64,000 nt of DNA, taken from Octopus vulgaris (lineage: Eukaryota). The position numbers and the translations under genes are program-made. Shown piece by piece: positions 13,386 through 26,500 of the stretch (position 1 is its first letter; each line of letters opens with the position of its first letter). The notes under the pieces were generated by a model. It saw only the letters and a list, made by a program, of their open reading frames with translations, did not search any database and was not told the origin of the DNA. The stretch spans positions 54,622,001 through 54,686,000 of the forward strand of contig OX597815.1 in assembly GCA_951406725.2 (NCBI GenBank), read 5' to 3'.

Positions 13386-14670
13386 TGGATTAAGAAACAA
13401 GTGATAACGAAATTTTAAAGGAAAGAAAAAGGTCAATAAATATTTGCCATTACATTTTTTATCAACCAAATATGAACCATTTTGTAGCACAATGCGTCTC
13501 CATCTTTCCTTTAACTTGAAAATACTATCTTCCCAAAATTGAGGTGGTTTCATGGCAAAGAATTCATCAATGTATCTTTTTACGTCATCCAAAGAATTGA
13601 AATGTTTACCATTAAGACTATTCTGCAGAGACCTGAATAAGTGGAAATCCGAAGGAGCAATATCTGGTGTATATGGAGGGTGGTGTAACACATCCCAGCC
13701 GAGCTGCAGCAATTTTTGTCTGATTCCTAAAGAAACGTGCGGTCTTGCATTATCTTGTTGGAAAACAACACCCTTGCTGTTGGCCAATTCTGGTCGTTTC
13801 TCTTGAATTGCTGCTTTTAACTCGTCCAGTTGTGTGCAGTATTTCTCAGAATTAATTGTCTGGTTACTTGGGAGAAGCTCATAGTACAGAATTCCTCTCC
13901 AATCCCATCAGACACAAAGCAAGACTTTCTTAGGGTGAAGACTCGCTTTTGAGGTGGCTAAGGATGGTTCATGTCACTTACTCCAGGATCGCTTTCTCTG
14001 AACATTTCGGTAGATAATCCATTTCTCATCACCTATCACAATTTGCTTTAAAAAAAGGCGCGTTTTCATTCCGTTTATAAAGCGAATCACAGGTGGAAAT
14101 GCGATCCAAAAGGTTCTTCTCACTCAACTCATGTGGTAACCAAACATCGTAGCGATTTGTGTACCCAAGCTTTACCAGGTGCTCATGAACGACGGATTTT
14201 AATAGGTTGAGGCTTTCTGCCAATTCCCGGGTTGTGCACTGTGGGTTATTCTCAATTAATGACTTGATTTGGTCATCATCTGTAGTGGATGGGCTTCTTA
14301 ATCGCTTTTTATCAATAAGGTTACAATCTCCAGCTCGGAACCTTGCGAACCACTTCCGTACAGTTCTTTTGGATAAAGAAACATCGCCGTAAACTGCGCA
14401 TATTACTTTGGTTGCTTGTGAGGCATTTTTCCCTTTACGGAAAAAGAAAAGTATCAAGTGCAGAAAAGGAACTTTCTTATCTTCCATTTTAAAGTGTTGC
14501 AGAATTAACACAGATTATAGAAACATAAACCTTCTTCCATGAAAAGATAGCTTAAACTGTGCTCTAAATGGAGGTGTAGTCAAATCCTATTTTATGAACT
14601 CAACCATGTTCTAAAATAAGTCGAAAGGTAAGCTACTATAAATCGACACGAACTTTCCGGACAACCCAAC
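13386..14670 (-). mobile_element. Second mariner element, degenerate with imperfect ends
   Basis: Encloses a transposase pseudogene. The right end reads (minus) TGTTGGGTTGTCCGGAAAGTTCG; the left TIR is only weakly recognisable. Confidence 0.8.
13458..14487 (-). pseudogene. Mariner DD34D transposase, frameshifted
   Basis: MEDKKV start, WLPHEL motif, QDNARPH-x-YTPDIAPSDFHLF with 34 residues between the last two Asp. Frameshift near 14050 and internal stops. Confidence 0.88.
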
Positions 14671-15109
14671 AGAATGTCTGAAGATTTCAAATAGAAATAA
14701 TTCTTGAGCACTGAAACTGATAAAATATATAGATGAATATATAATTAATACATTTAGACTTACATATACATCATATAAAGAAATAATGCTAACAGATATT
14801 ACACACATATATAAAGTGCATGAATACCAAACAAAACAAAAAACAAAATACCACAGACTCATGCACTAAGTTCCGCATTGAAGCGTTTCGTAAAATATAA
14901 GGGCACTAAAATAATAACAATTAGTTCTAATATAAGTACAAAACCAGAAATTACCAGTGTTGATGTAATTGACTGGACTCTTAATTTATCGACCAGGGAT
15001 TAGTTGATTTCGACGGGATTTAAAATAAGAATGTACAGGAACAGAAGAAAATCTGCAAGTATTATGTCCGATGCTCTAATATTTCTGTCACTTCACTGCC
15101 TCAATGATG

Positions 15110-16015
<906 letters not shown>

Positions 16016-16049
16016 AGGTTTGAACAATGGATTAAGCAATACCAACAAA

Positions 16050-16220
16050 ATAAATTGTTTAGAACCCACCAAAACAGAGTTTACCAAGCGATTAATGAAG
16101 ATAAAAAAACGTGAAAGATTAGTCCCAGATGCTGATGAAAGTCGATTTTTCTGGGGTAAGATATGGAGAAAACAAGAACAACATATTACTTCTGAATGGC
16201 TCTGCATCCTGAAGCAAACG
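16050..16220 (+). pseudogene. Short relic of a Dong/R4-like ORF (pre-RT region)
   Basis: PDADESRFFWGKIW...SEWL resembles EEVENFWMGIW...ADWI in the element at 1-2390. Confidence 0.55.
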
Positions 16221-16353
<133 letters not shown>

Positions 16354-18274
16354 CGAAACACTAGCCATTAACAAAGTAGCACCAACAATTATAAAATTCA
16401 TAGGGCACTCTATGAATAAATGGCAAACAGTCCTACACCTCCAAACAAAAGAGGGACTCATGAAAACCAAAGCTATCCCCATTAGAAGAGGAATATTCCA
16501 GGGAGACACGCTCTCTCCACTCCTTTTCTGCTTGGCACTGTCACCTCTATCTGATATGCTAAATAGAACTGGATGCGGATATAAATGTTACGGCAAAACG
16601 ACCAGCCACCTTTTATATATGGATGACCTAAAACTATACGCTGCAAATGACAAACAGCTGGAAACACTATTAAAGACAGTTCATGGATTTACCAAAGAAA
16701 TAGATATGAAATTTGGATTAGAAAAATGCGCCAAAGTAACTCTGAAAAGAGGAAAACTAGTTAAGAGTAACAACATCACACTAGATAAAACCAATGAAAG
16801 AAAAGAATTAGACCAAAGCCAAACTTACAAATACTTAGGAATCCATGAACTAGATAAGACACAACACACACAAATGAAAGAGAAAATAAAAAAAGAATAT
16901 TATAGACGAGTTAGATCAATACTAAAAACATAGCTCAATGCTAAAAACAAGATAATAGGTATCAACACTTTAGCTGTCCCAGTTATAAGTTACAGCTACA
17001 ATATCCTTAACTGGACACTAAATGAACTGACCAAAATAGATAGGAAAACAAGAAAAATAATGACAGGATCTAGGATGCATCACCCAAAATCTGACATAGA
17101 AAGACTATATATACAACGTATAGAAGGTGGTAGAGGCCTTATACAGCTGGAAAACTACTATAAAATAACCACCATAGGACTGCAAAAATACCTACTTCAG
17201 AAGGAAGGAAAACTGATCCAGATAGCAGCAAAACACGAGCAAAACAAAAAACTGTTCTCAGTATTTAAGGAAGCTGACAAATACAAACAAGAAATCATAC
17301 CACCTAATAAACACAAAGAAGAAGAAGAAGATGATGAAGAAACAACAAAAGCTATAAAACAAATGAAATCCAAACTAAAAATAGAACAGCAACGAGCCAT
17401 GATAAAACGATGGCAAGAAAAGCCCCTTCATGGTAAATACTGCACTAAACTAAACGCAAAAGAAATAGACAAAGAAAAATCCCAGCAATGGTTGAGAAGC
17501 TCAGGACTCAAAGCAGAAACAGAGGGATTTTTAATTGCAGCACAAGACCAAAGCCTCCCCACCAGAAATTACCAAAAACATGTAATGAAAAGAAATATTA
17601 CAAGTAACTGCAGAATATGTGGAGATGGACAAGAAACAATAAATCATATTATCTCTAGCTGCCCAGTCCTGGCTAAGAAGAAATATATTCACAGACATGA
17701 CAGAGTTGGAACCTACATACATTGGAAGCTATGCCAACATTATGGAATAACAACAGAAAAAAGATGGTATAGGCACACACCAGAAAAGGTCACAGAAAAC
17801 GAGAAAGCAACCATACTCTGGGATATGCCGATACACACAGATAGAGAAATTAAGGCCAACATACCAGATATAGTTGTCAGAGATCATGAAGAAAAAAATG
17901 CTTTCTAATTGATGTATCAATACCGGCAGATGACAACGTGTCTCTAAAAGAAATGGAGAAACTCTCAAAATACAAAGACCTGGAAATAGAGATAACTAGA
18001 ATGTGGAACCTGAAAACAGAAACAATTCCTATCATAGTAGGTGCATTAGGCATGATAAAAAAATATTCAGACAAATACATAACAAAAACACCAGGACTTA
18101 CAAACACATATAACATACAGAAAATTGCACTACTAGGCACTGCACACATCCTACGCAGAACACTTTCCATACAATAACCATCAGAGCATCACAACAAATC
18201 ACAGCACATACCCAAGGCACACAGAGCTGCGCTCGGTAGTGAAGTGAAAGCACGCTATAAAAATAAAACTACTG
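16354..18274 (+). mobile_element. 5'-truncated Dong/R4-like LINE (RT, CCHC finger, REL endonuclease) inserted in (TAA)n
   Basis: RRGIFQGDTLSPLLFC, HLLYMDDLK, YKYLG; CRICGDGQETINHIISSC; RHD; PDIVVRD...(frameshift)...EKLSKY. TAG at 16931-16933, frameshift in the A-run at ~17892, final stop at 18175-18177, ~97-bp 3' UTR, then TAA repeats. Confidence 0.92.
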
Positions 18275-18305
18275 AATAATAATAATAATAAAAATAATAA
18301 TGATA

Positions 18306-18340
<35 letters not shown>

Positions 18341-18343
18341 AAT

Positions 18344-18481
18344 AAATGCCCTGATGCAGTACCAGGCAGTGGCTCTCGTGGCTTCTGATCTTAACTGATT
18401 GGAAGTGTTATCATGTAAATATTTTGTCATGGTGTAAAAGATGGGCTACAGCAAATATTCTGCTCAATATCATAGATTTGC
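18344..18481 (-). mobile_element. Terminal fragment of the TTA-flanked non-coding repeat at 56991-57548
   Basis: Reverse complement of ~57411-57548 (AAATGCCCTGATGCAGTACCAGGCAGTGGCTCTC...). Strand is given relative to that copy. Confidence 0.85.
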
Positions 18482-19552
18482 TGAACAGAGCTCTTGCATC
18501 CGAACAGTTCTCCTGCATCCTTTGACTTTGCATAGAGGACTCGAGGCAAGTGACGATAAGTCATATACTCGCGGAAAATTCGAAGTCTCTAAAACTTAAA
18601 TTATATTACATGCATAAGTTGGTTAGTTTGTTTGTTCCTTGTTTATTTACTTGGTTTTTTTTCTTGTTTATTTATTTGTTCGTTTGTTATATTTGTGCCA
18701 GATGTATAAGAGAGAAAAGACAAGGATTTCTTCAAATATCTGAAAATAATCAAGGAACTGGTGAAAAACACCCCAGGTCTGATAATAGGCCTACCCGAGT
18801 GGCAGAAAGGCAAATACAACGGCTATGTTTTGGGCCAAAGAAACATGGAAAATTCCCTGCTGCAGTCAATACTGCTCCACACCGCTGGAGGAAGATCATT
18901 GTAAGTAGATACCGAAAATGTTTTCCTCTCTATTATCAACAGTTGTTGAAGGGAATTATTCGCAACGCAAGCTATACGTAAAATCATATACATACATATA
19001 TACATACATCTTCGAGACCATTATGGTCAGTCCGATACTCGGACATGTGTAATTACTGCTCATATAAAGGCAACATAAGAAATATTGGAAAAGTTGAGTT
19101 ACAGAGTGCGGTAAGATTGCATGCAATATTTCTACATTAAACATTTAAACAATATTCAAACATATCTATATAGACGAGACATATATATCAACATATTTAT
19201 GTACACACGGCGCTGTAACAATACACACAAAGAAATGTGAAGTAACGTTTCAAAACAGTTTACGAAAAAGATAAACACCGCTCAATATGTACGCTTAAAT
19301 ACAATTGTAGAATTAAAAACAACCGGAAATGAAAGATTACCCAAGCTGTGAACAACTTTAAATTTAATTCTAAAATAAATTGGCGAAACTTTTGAGGAAG
19401 ATCATCGTCTATTTTGAAAAACAAATATAAATATCAGTGAATAGACAAAATCATCACGGCTAAACGTATAAGCTTCATTCGACCAAAACGTGACTACAAT
19501 CACTGTTTACAATGAGCCTATGATCTTAAAGATTAACATGAAACATTCTGAT

Positions 19553-19635
<83 letters not shown>

Positions 19636-20546
19636 TAAACAGCAACGTAGCTAGTTCTAAAATCTCTATGCGAGATACAAGTAGTAATTCTACTGAAAAG
19701 TAACAGTTGGTACTACCAACTGTTACTACTTACTTTTTCTCATTGCATTTCCAAAATAAATCTTTACGTTGTCCTAAAAATTAACCTAAGACAAAACTAG
19801 TGGAATGTTAAAAACCAGATTTAGTACTAAAATAAACAGTAGCACGGGTAGCCATCCTTCTTAATATATATATATATTTTTTTAATCGATTTAAAACATC
19901 AGGGCCAATCATCCTGATAGCAATTTTGGACCAGATTTGCACGTGCTCTAACAAGCTAGATTTATATGCCTCACATAGCTCTTTTATGTATATTAGTGAC
20001 TTCTAGAATACCACCAACATCTTGTAATCCGTTCCATTTATTGGGCTTTGCCTGATGTCTTACTATAAACATAATCTTCACACTTTTCATGAAAGTTTCA
20101 AATTCATTGTGTAAATTTTATTATAGTTGATGAAGTATTCTTTCTTGGTTGTACTTTGCCTATGATGCATTCTGGTTGAAATAATTTTACCCATAACAGA
20201 TCTTAGATGAAAATGGTTTAAGGCCTTTTATCGTTTTCCTTCATCTTCTGGTTATGTTTCTTTTTTTTTAAATTACGAAGTTTGTTTTTTACACAAAACG
20301 TAGAATTTCGTAATATTTCAATCGTTGGTGTGATGTGATCCTGTCTTTACACTTTATGGTTGCACTGCAATTTGGCAATACTTGTAAATGTGTTCTAGTT
20401 TTGTTATTTCCTTGGGTTGTTTCATCAGATTAGTGTTTCAGTACCCTATGCATTGCAGTTATCTCCTTCGTGTTTTTTTAGGGTGCTAGCAGTTACATAC
20501 AAGGACGTAGTTACTATCCAGAATGTGTTACTATTTATTTTCACAA

Positions 20547-20760
20547 AGGCGGCGAACTGGCAAAATTGTTAGCACGCCGGGAAAATTGTGTTGCAGCATT
20601 TCATCCATCCTTATGGTCTGAGTTCGTATTCCGACGAGTCCGACTCTGCCTTTCATCTTTTCGGTATCGATAAAATAAGCACCAGTTGAACACTGGGATC
20701 GATATCATCTACTTGCCCCCTCCACCGAAATTGCTGGCCTTGTGCTAAACTTTGAAATCA
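20547..20760 (+). mobile_element. tRNA-derived SINE (family A), degenerate
   Basis: GGCGGCGAACTGGCA head, B-box-like GAGTTCGTATTCC and body CTTTCATCTTTTCGGTATCGATAAAATAAG. Related fragments lie near 6900-7005, 14925-15080 and 53075-53250. Confidence 0.65.
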
Positions 20761-21521
20761 ATATATATTTTCATATATAATATAGGCGCAGGAGTGGCTG
20801 TGTGGTAAGTAGCTTGCTAACGCACATGCGCAATTAGTCAGTTGCTTCCTGTTCAGCGAGAGTGGACGCGAGTCAATTAGCTCCGTCCAATTAAAGAAAA
20901 AAGACCAAAAACGGAAAGTTGTCGAGGTAAGTGATTTTGTTTATTGTGAGTTGGGCATAATTTATTGCGTGCCAATTATTATTTCAGTAAGTTGTGTCCA
21001 ACTCTGAGACAATTTCGCCTGCTCTGGGCGGCTGCCGTTTTTGTGTTCATTGGAAAAAAAAAAAAAAAAGAAAAAACAGTGGAGGGGCGTATCCTCAGAA
21101 TTCAATACAGTTACTGTTAAAATCACCGTTGGCGGTAGCCAGTGCTGTGTTTGGATTTGTTGAATTTATTCCCTTGTCAGAGTACTTCGCAAGAAAAGTA
21201 TAAAAATAAGCCACTATTGGATTACCTTTCGGACCTTTTTGTGGAGGTTGTGTTGCAGTTGCGGTGTTCCAGGTTCAACCCAGGCCGGGAGTACCGCAAG
21301 GCCAGAATATTTCTGCTGTGTTTTTTCTGTTTATTAACTTTCTTTTGAACTTCATTTACCCCCCCCCTTTGTTTTTTCTTTATTGCGACTTTCCGTTAAT
21401 TTCTTCCCTTCTGTTGTGCTTTCTCCTTTTTGTTTTTTCAAAAATCTATCAAATTTATTTAGACTTTTGAACTTTTTTCTTCCTGCTTTTGAGTCTAATT
21501 TGAATATATTTTTTAAAAAAC

Positions 21522-22765
21522 ATGGCAATGAAAAATAACAAAGTTTTGGAGTGGGAAATCATACCACCCAAAAAGTGGTTGAAGGACCGTGAAGATAGGA
21601 CGGTGGTGTTGAGAACCTACTCCAAGGCACTTGACACCATCGCCCTATTCGAAAAGACGGCAATTGAGGAGGAGTTGGAGGAGTATTTGCCAACAATTAA
21701 ATTCATTTCCAGGGGTGTCAAATATGGAACGGTGTGGTTGCTGTTTGACACCCCTGAAGAGGCTTGCAAATTTGCTAGCGAACCCTTGGAGGGTAAGGAA
21801 ATCTTATTCCTGCCCACTTACAAAAAAAAGAAATTGATGAAAGCTTGGATCTGCGGACTGCCACCCGACATAGAACCCGAGTGGATAGAGGAGACTATCC
21901 GCCGGGGTCTGGGTGACAGCGAAACTAAGCTCCTCAATGTAAAAGTTCTTCCTGCGGCTGCTTGGGTTGGCTCGAAAGCAGTTTTGACCCTGTGGACCCA
22001 ATCAGCCAATCTGGTTTTTCCAGATTTTTTAAAATGGCCGGGTGCAGGTACCCGGTGATGCTTGAGGGTCGCCCCCCTAAGTGTCATCGGTGCTTGGAGT
22101 CCGGCCACATAAAGAAGAACTGTCCTCGGGAACAAAATAGGATCCCGGAACAGTTAAGTAAAACCCCTCTAGAAGAGGGAACGATAACGGCCGAGAAAGC
22201 AGAGGACTCCTCAAGCAGAGGCCGAAAGAGGAAGGTGAGCAACAATGGGTGCTCACCAAAGGATAATAGGGATGAGGAGAGGAGGGCGAATCTTCCAGCC
22301 ACGGAGGAGACGCACCCTCCCTCAGTTGAAAAGGGAAAAAAAAAGAAAAAGAGGAAGAAAAACGGGACGTTGCCGGCTGTCAGTGTGGCACCGGAATGTC
22401 GCGGAACTACGTCGGTTGGGGTTGTGCCACCGACAAGAGAAGGAATACCGTTGGCGGAAACTGTGCCGCCAACGAAAGAACTGAATGTATTGGTCCTCTT
22501 CCATAGAGGAGGAGAAATTGAAAAAGTGATGGAAGAGCACTACAAGGGAGCACCTTTAGCCTTCACACAGGACCCCGAATGGCCTCCGCAGGTAGCTGTG
22601 GAGGCCGTGGCGTTCGACGTGACGCTAGGGCTAAAGGAGCTCAATGAAGACTATAACTTGGTCCCGGGCGACGCGAACTCGGAACTTGACTACGTTCTGA
22701 GGGAGGCGTGGTTGATGGTGGAGGGCGCGGGCACAAGCTATTTCGAGGACGATATGTATTATTAG
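21522..22765 (+). CDS. Tx1/L1-type ORF1 nucleic-acid-binding protein (~414 aa) with one -1 frame break at ~22025-22034
   Basis: ORF 21522-22058 joins ORF 21962-22765 in the -1 frame (LVFPDF-x-KMAGCRYPVMLEGRPPK). CCHC knuckle CHRCLESGHIKKNC, basic tract KGKKKKKRKK, and RRM-like ICGLPPDI segment (RRM is inferred). Confidence 0.75.
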
Positions 22766-22892
22766 TAATGGACTTAAGTCCAAAAATTGAAAAATTGTAA
22801 GAGGATTAATACCTCGTTTTGTATTAATAATGGACTGCTAAGCCCAAAATTGGAAAAATTGTAAGAGGTTTAATACCTCGTTTTGTATTAAT
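22766..22892 (+). repeat. Tandem duplication of a ~63-bp unit in the 3' UTR of the ORF1-only element
   Basis: TAATGGACT...AAAAATTGTAAGAGG(A/T)TTAATACCTCGTTTTGTATTAAT occurs twice. Confidence 0.9.
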
Positions 22893-25812
22893 CTTTTTTA
22901 AAAAGAACAATGTTTTAGAGAAGCAAAAGTCGGCGGGCGCTTTCTGTCTTCTCCCATCCTTATCATCTTTCTTTCATTATCATTCACCTCATTAATGTCC
23001 TCGTCCAGCCCGCAAAGCTAACTTAATCTGTGTACTGCCTTTATGGCAAATGTTTTGAAATAAAGTAGCTTGCTAACCAACCACATGGTTCCGGGTTCAG
23101 TCCCACTGCGTGGCATCTTGGGCAAGTGTCTTCTGCTATAGCCTCGGGCCGACCAAAGCCTTGTGAGTGGATTTGGTAGACGGAAACTGAAAGACGCCTG
23201 TCGTATATATGTATATATATATATATATGTATGTGTGTGTATATGTTTGTGTGTCCGTGTTTGTCCCTCTAGCATTGCTTGACAAGCGATGCTGGTGTGT
23301 TTATGTCCCCGTCACTTAGCGGTTCGGCAAAAGAGACCGATAGAATAAGTACTGGGCTTACAAAGAATAAGTCCCAGGCGGTGCTCCAGCATGGCCGCAG
23401 TCAAATGACTGAAACAAGTAAAAGAGAAAAGAGTAAAGAGTATAATCTCCTGCTCCATCTTTATTTTCTTATATAATTTCTAGCTCCATCGACCAAAAAT
23501 TTTACTATGGGAGTGGCTGTTTTTATTTGTTTTTTTTTCTTTTTTTACCACTCGTCAAAATGTAGTTGTAATGATAGTTTAGGGAAATGCGAAAGGATTA
23601 TTTCGCACTTTGGTTTGAAATAGTTTTTAAACTGTGTAGTTTTACAGTCAGCGCTTTAAGATCAATTTCATATCGAGATATTTGAGAGCTCTGTGATTAT
23701 CATGGTGATGGTGGTTGTGTCGATAATGTCGGAGATGTATTTATATCATTATCGCTCTCTTCTCAAGCAGCTTTTGTCTGATTCGAGGTGTCTTCAGAAA
23801 ATCAATGAATATCGATGGAGTTGGAATCACAATTGCTGTCTGTGACAAGGAATAACAATCGCCGTCTGTGACCACTATTTTCAAGCAAAGAAAAATTTAT
23901 GTCGCGAGGCTGTTTGACGTAATATGATTTCAGTTTGGGTAGACTTTATGCCAGTAAATCTTTAATCATTTCATATAGCTGACATAAGTAAATATAGAAT
24001 CGAAATAAATCATGATTCACCTGTAAACAGCAAGGGAATTTGGAAGAATAGTTACACCATCTTAGAATACTTATACCATCTTTGGTAGCTCACAGATGTG
24101 GTAGTGAAAATTTAGAGCGATAATAAAATAACTGTAAAATTCAGCATAGATATTTCATTTCTCCGAAGTTTTAGATTGTGCATCCGCCTCTACTTGGTAT
24201 CTAACTTCTGCAGCAATGCCTTACTGTTGTTCAGTGATCCATAATACATTATGGTTGTGGTTTTTCAGGGGAATGATTTCAGGACATTTGCTACGAATAG
24301 CATTGTAAGCAGTTTTGGCAAAAATGCTACACAGTACTTTCGCACATTCTGAGGCAGCCGATAAAAGTATGTTTGATAATTTCCACTTTGATATGGTACA
24401 ATCGACATTTTCTATCACAACATGGTTTTGCAGATCCTCTTCTCTTTCTACTATAGTAAGTATTTCTCCTCCAAGTTTCTCGTCAATTAAGTCAATCCAC
24501 CTAATTCTGAGTCGCATGAAACTGCTGTATACACAGAGTACCTATGCAAGAGTTCTTCAACTACTCTCAGGATGTTATTATTTTCACTACTGAGAATACA
24601 TATTATGTTCCATTTTTTTTTCGATTCATTGAGAGACATTTCTGTCCAACAAGTCATGTTCTCGTCACTGTTGATATGAAAGCTACCATATAAGGTAAAT
24701 GCATTCCTAGATTCTATGTTTAAACTGTGGACCTACTAAAGTGTCCAGTCTAGTATTCTAAATGTTGCTACTAGAGTCAGTACTATAAAAACATTATAAT
24801 TGAATGAAATAGATCTGACTTCCAAATTTTCTGAAGTCTGCTGTCATTCATTTGTCACTCTCCCTTTACTCACAGCACTAACACCTCCAATATTCTCACT
24901 AATTCAGAAATACTTCTCATATTATTCGTTTCAAAGTATTAAAACAACTTAGGTATACATTATAAATAGTATATGACTGTGTAATTTTTTTATTACATCG
25001 ACTTCATCGTCCATGTATTTTTTTTTACTAAACAGTTTGATTCGAGTCTATTTGTAGTATGTAAGCTTCCTCTACCAATAGTCGACTATCATGTCTCACT
25101 CATGTGAATTACTGTTCGGTTGTTTTGCAACAACTGCCAAATAAGTTGCATTTGTGATGTTATATATTTTAGTCTTGTACACTATTCATTCGTAAGCTCA
25201 TTCAATCAAGCTTCTTCATTGCCACGCTTCTTATTTGCATTTAGATTCTTCCCACCGGGACTCCAGGTCATTCTGAAAGGAATATTTACAAACTCAATGG
25301 GATGGCTTTTCATGCAATGATATACATTGATGAACTTAATGCAAACCTACACTTAATAATTCTGCATCTCTCTCGTGCTACCTCTACCACCTCTACAAGC
25401 TGTTCACGAAGGTCATAGTAATCAAACTATAGAAACTCTCGATGACTAACAGCCGATGAAACAGGTAATTTTACAGAAATTATCGCACGATGGACCACAT
25501 ATTGACTCTAACACAGCTCCTAGAACCAGTGAAAGAATAGAATCTTTCTCTTTACACTGGCCTTTATTCATTACAAAAGGCCTTTGATTGCAACAAGCTG
25601 AATGGACTGCTGTACTGACGTCTCGGGAGATGCGAGGAGTTAAAGCACAATACAAAAGGCGAACGCAGGATGTGCGAGCGATAAAGCTCTGTTGTTATCA
25701 CCTATAAAGTTACGCATTGAAAGTTCTGCACTATGCGTCAATCGAATGAAAATGAAATAGATGTGACTCCAGAACGTAGCACAAAGCCGACTAGTGGCGG
25801 GGAGGGATAAAA

Positions 25813-26500
25813 TTTAGGAAGAGAAGAAGTACATGTATTGAGAACAGCATATGTATGCCGAGATATGAACGCTGGAGCCATGTGCAGGATAGAAGGCCCT
25901 TGCAGCGATTAAATATATGCTCAAAGTGCAGCTGAAAAATATCGTGTATGCATGTCTCTTCAATAACATCAAGAGTATCATCCTACTTTTGCCCTTGAGC
26001 CAAGTACTGCTTATGATATAGAGGAACCGTTTGTGATACAGCGAAAATATCCAAACTAGAATTATCATTATCATTGCAAGGGAACATCTGAAATTAAGTA
26101 ATTAACTGTGAAATCATGGCATGCTCAAACTGCAAGTTCTGCTGGAACGTGTATGTCACATGGTTTACAGACAACAGGTAGACCCGTGCAGTTGTCAGTT
26201 TTCAGTCTCCATAAAGTTGTCAGTTTCCATAAAGGCATTCGTTTGTCATGTGTTGCTTCCATTTCACATTTAGGCCATTTGTATACTTGTATAATAGCAA
26301 TCGAGCTTGTGTAATAACTTCTTTAGGAAGAGAAGAAGTACATGTATTGAGAACAGCAAATGTATGCCGAGATATGAACGCTGGAGCCATGTGCTGGATA
26401 GAAGGCGCTTGCAGCGATTAAAGATATGCTCAAAGTGCAGCTGAAAAATATCGTGTATGCATGTCTCTTCAATAACATCAAGAGTATCATCCTACTTTTG
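25813..26500. repeat. 179-bp direct repeats (25813-25991 and 26322-26500) with a 330-bp spacer
   Basis: TTTAGGAAGAGAAGAAGTACATG...CATCCTACTTTTG in both copies, 4 mismatches by manual comparison. Confidence 0.9.

Larger units (their letters stand above)
20821..23062 (+). mobile_element. ORF1-only non-LTR retroelement (HAL1-like), copy 1
   Basis: Perfect 14-bp TSD AAGTAGCTTGCTAA (20807-20820 and 23063-23076), ~700-bp 5' UTR, a single ORF1-like gene, ~300-bp 3' UTR ending in AATAAA. No RT or endonuclease motifs. Confidence 0.85.
20785..23441 (+). mobile_element. tRNA-derived SINE (family B) split by a 2.24-kb insertion; SINE parts are 20785-20820 and 23063-23441
   Basis: Head GGCGCAGGAGTGGCTGTGTGGTAAGTAGCTTGCTAA resumes at 23077 as CCAACCACATGGTTCCGGGTTCAGTCCC (B-box), colinear with the uninterrupted copies at 33741-34152, 39770-40194 and 49680-50080. 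Confidence 0.9.

Noticed and set aside
18550-18981. 143-aa ORF
   Set aside because: Non-ATG start, low-complexity first half and no recognisable domain.
23860-24700. Possible decayed transposase on the minus strand (AAEVRY-like motif, ORF 24221-24517)
   Set aside because: Too degenerate to assign; no catalytic motif or termini found.
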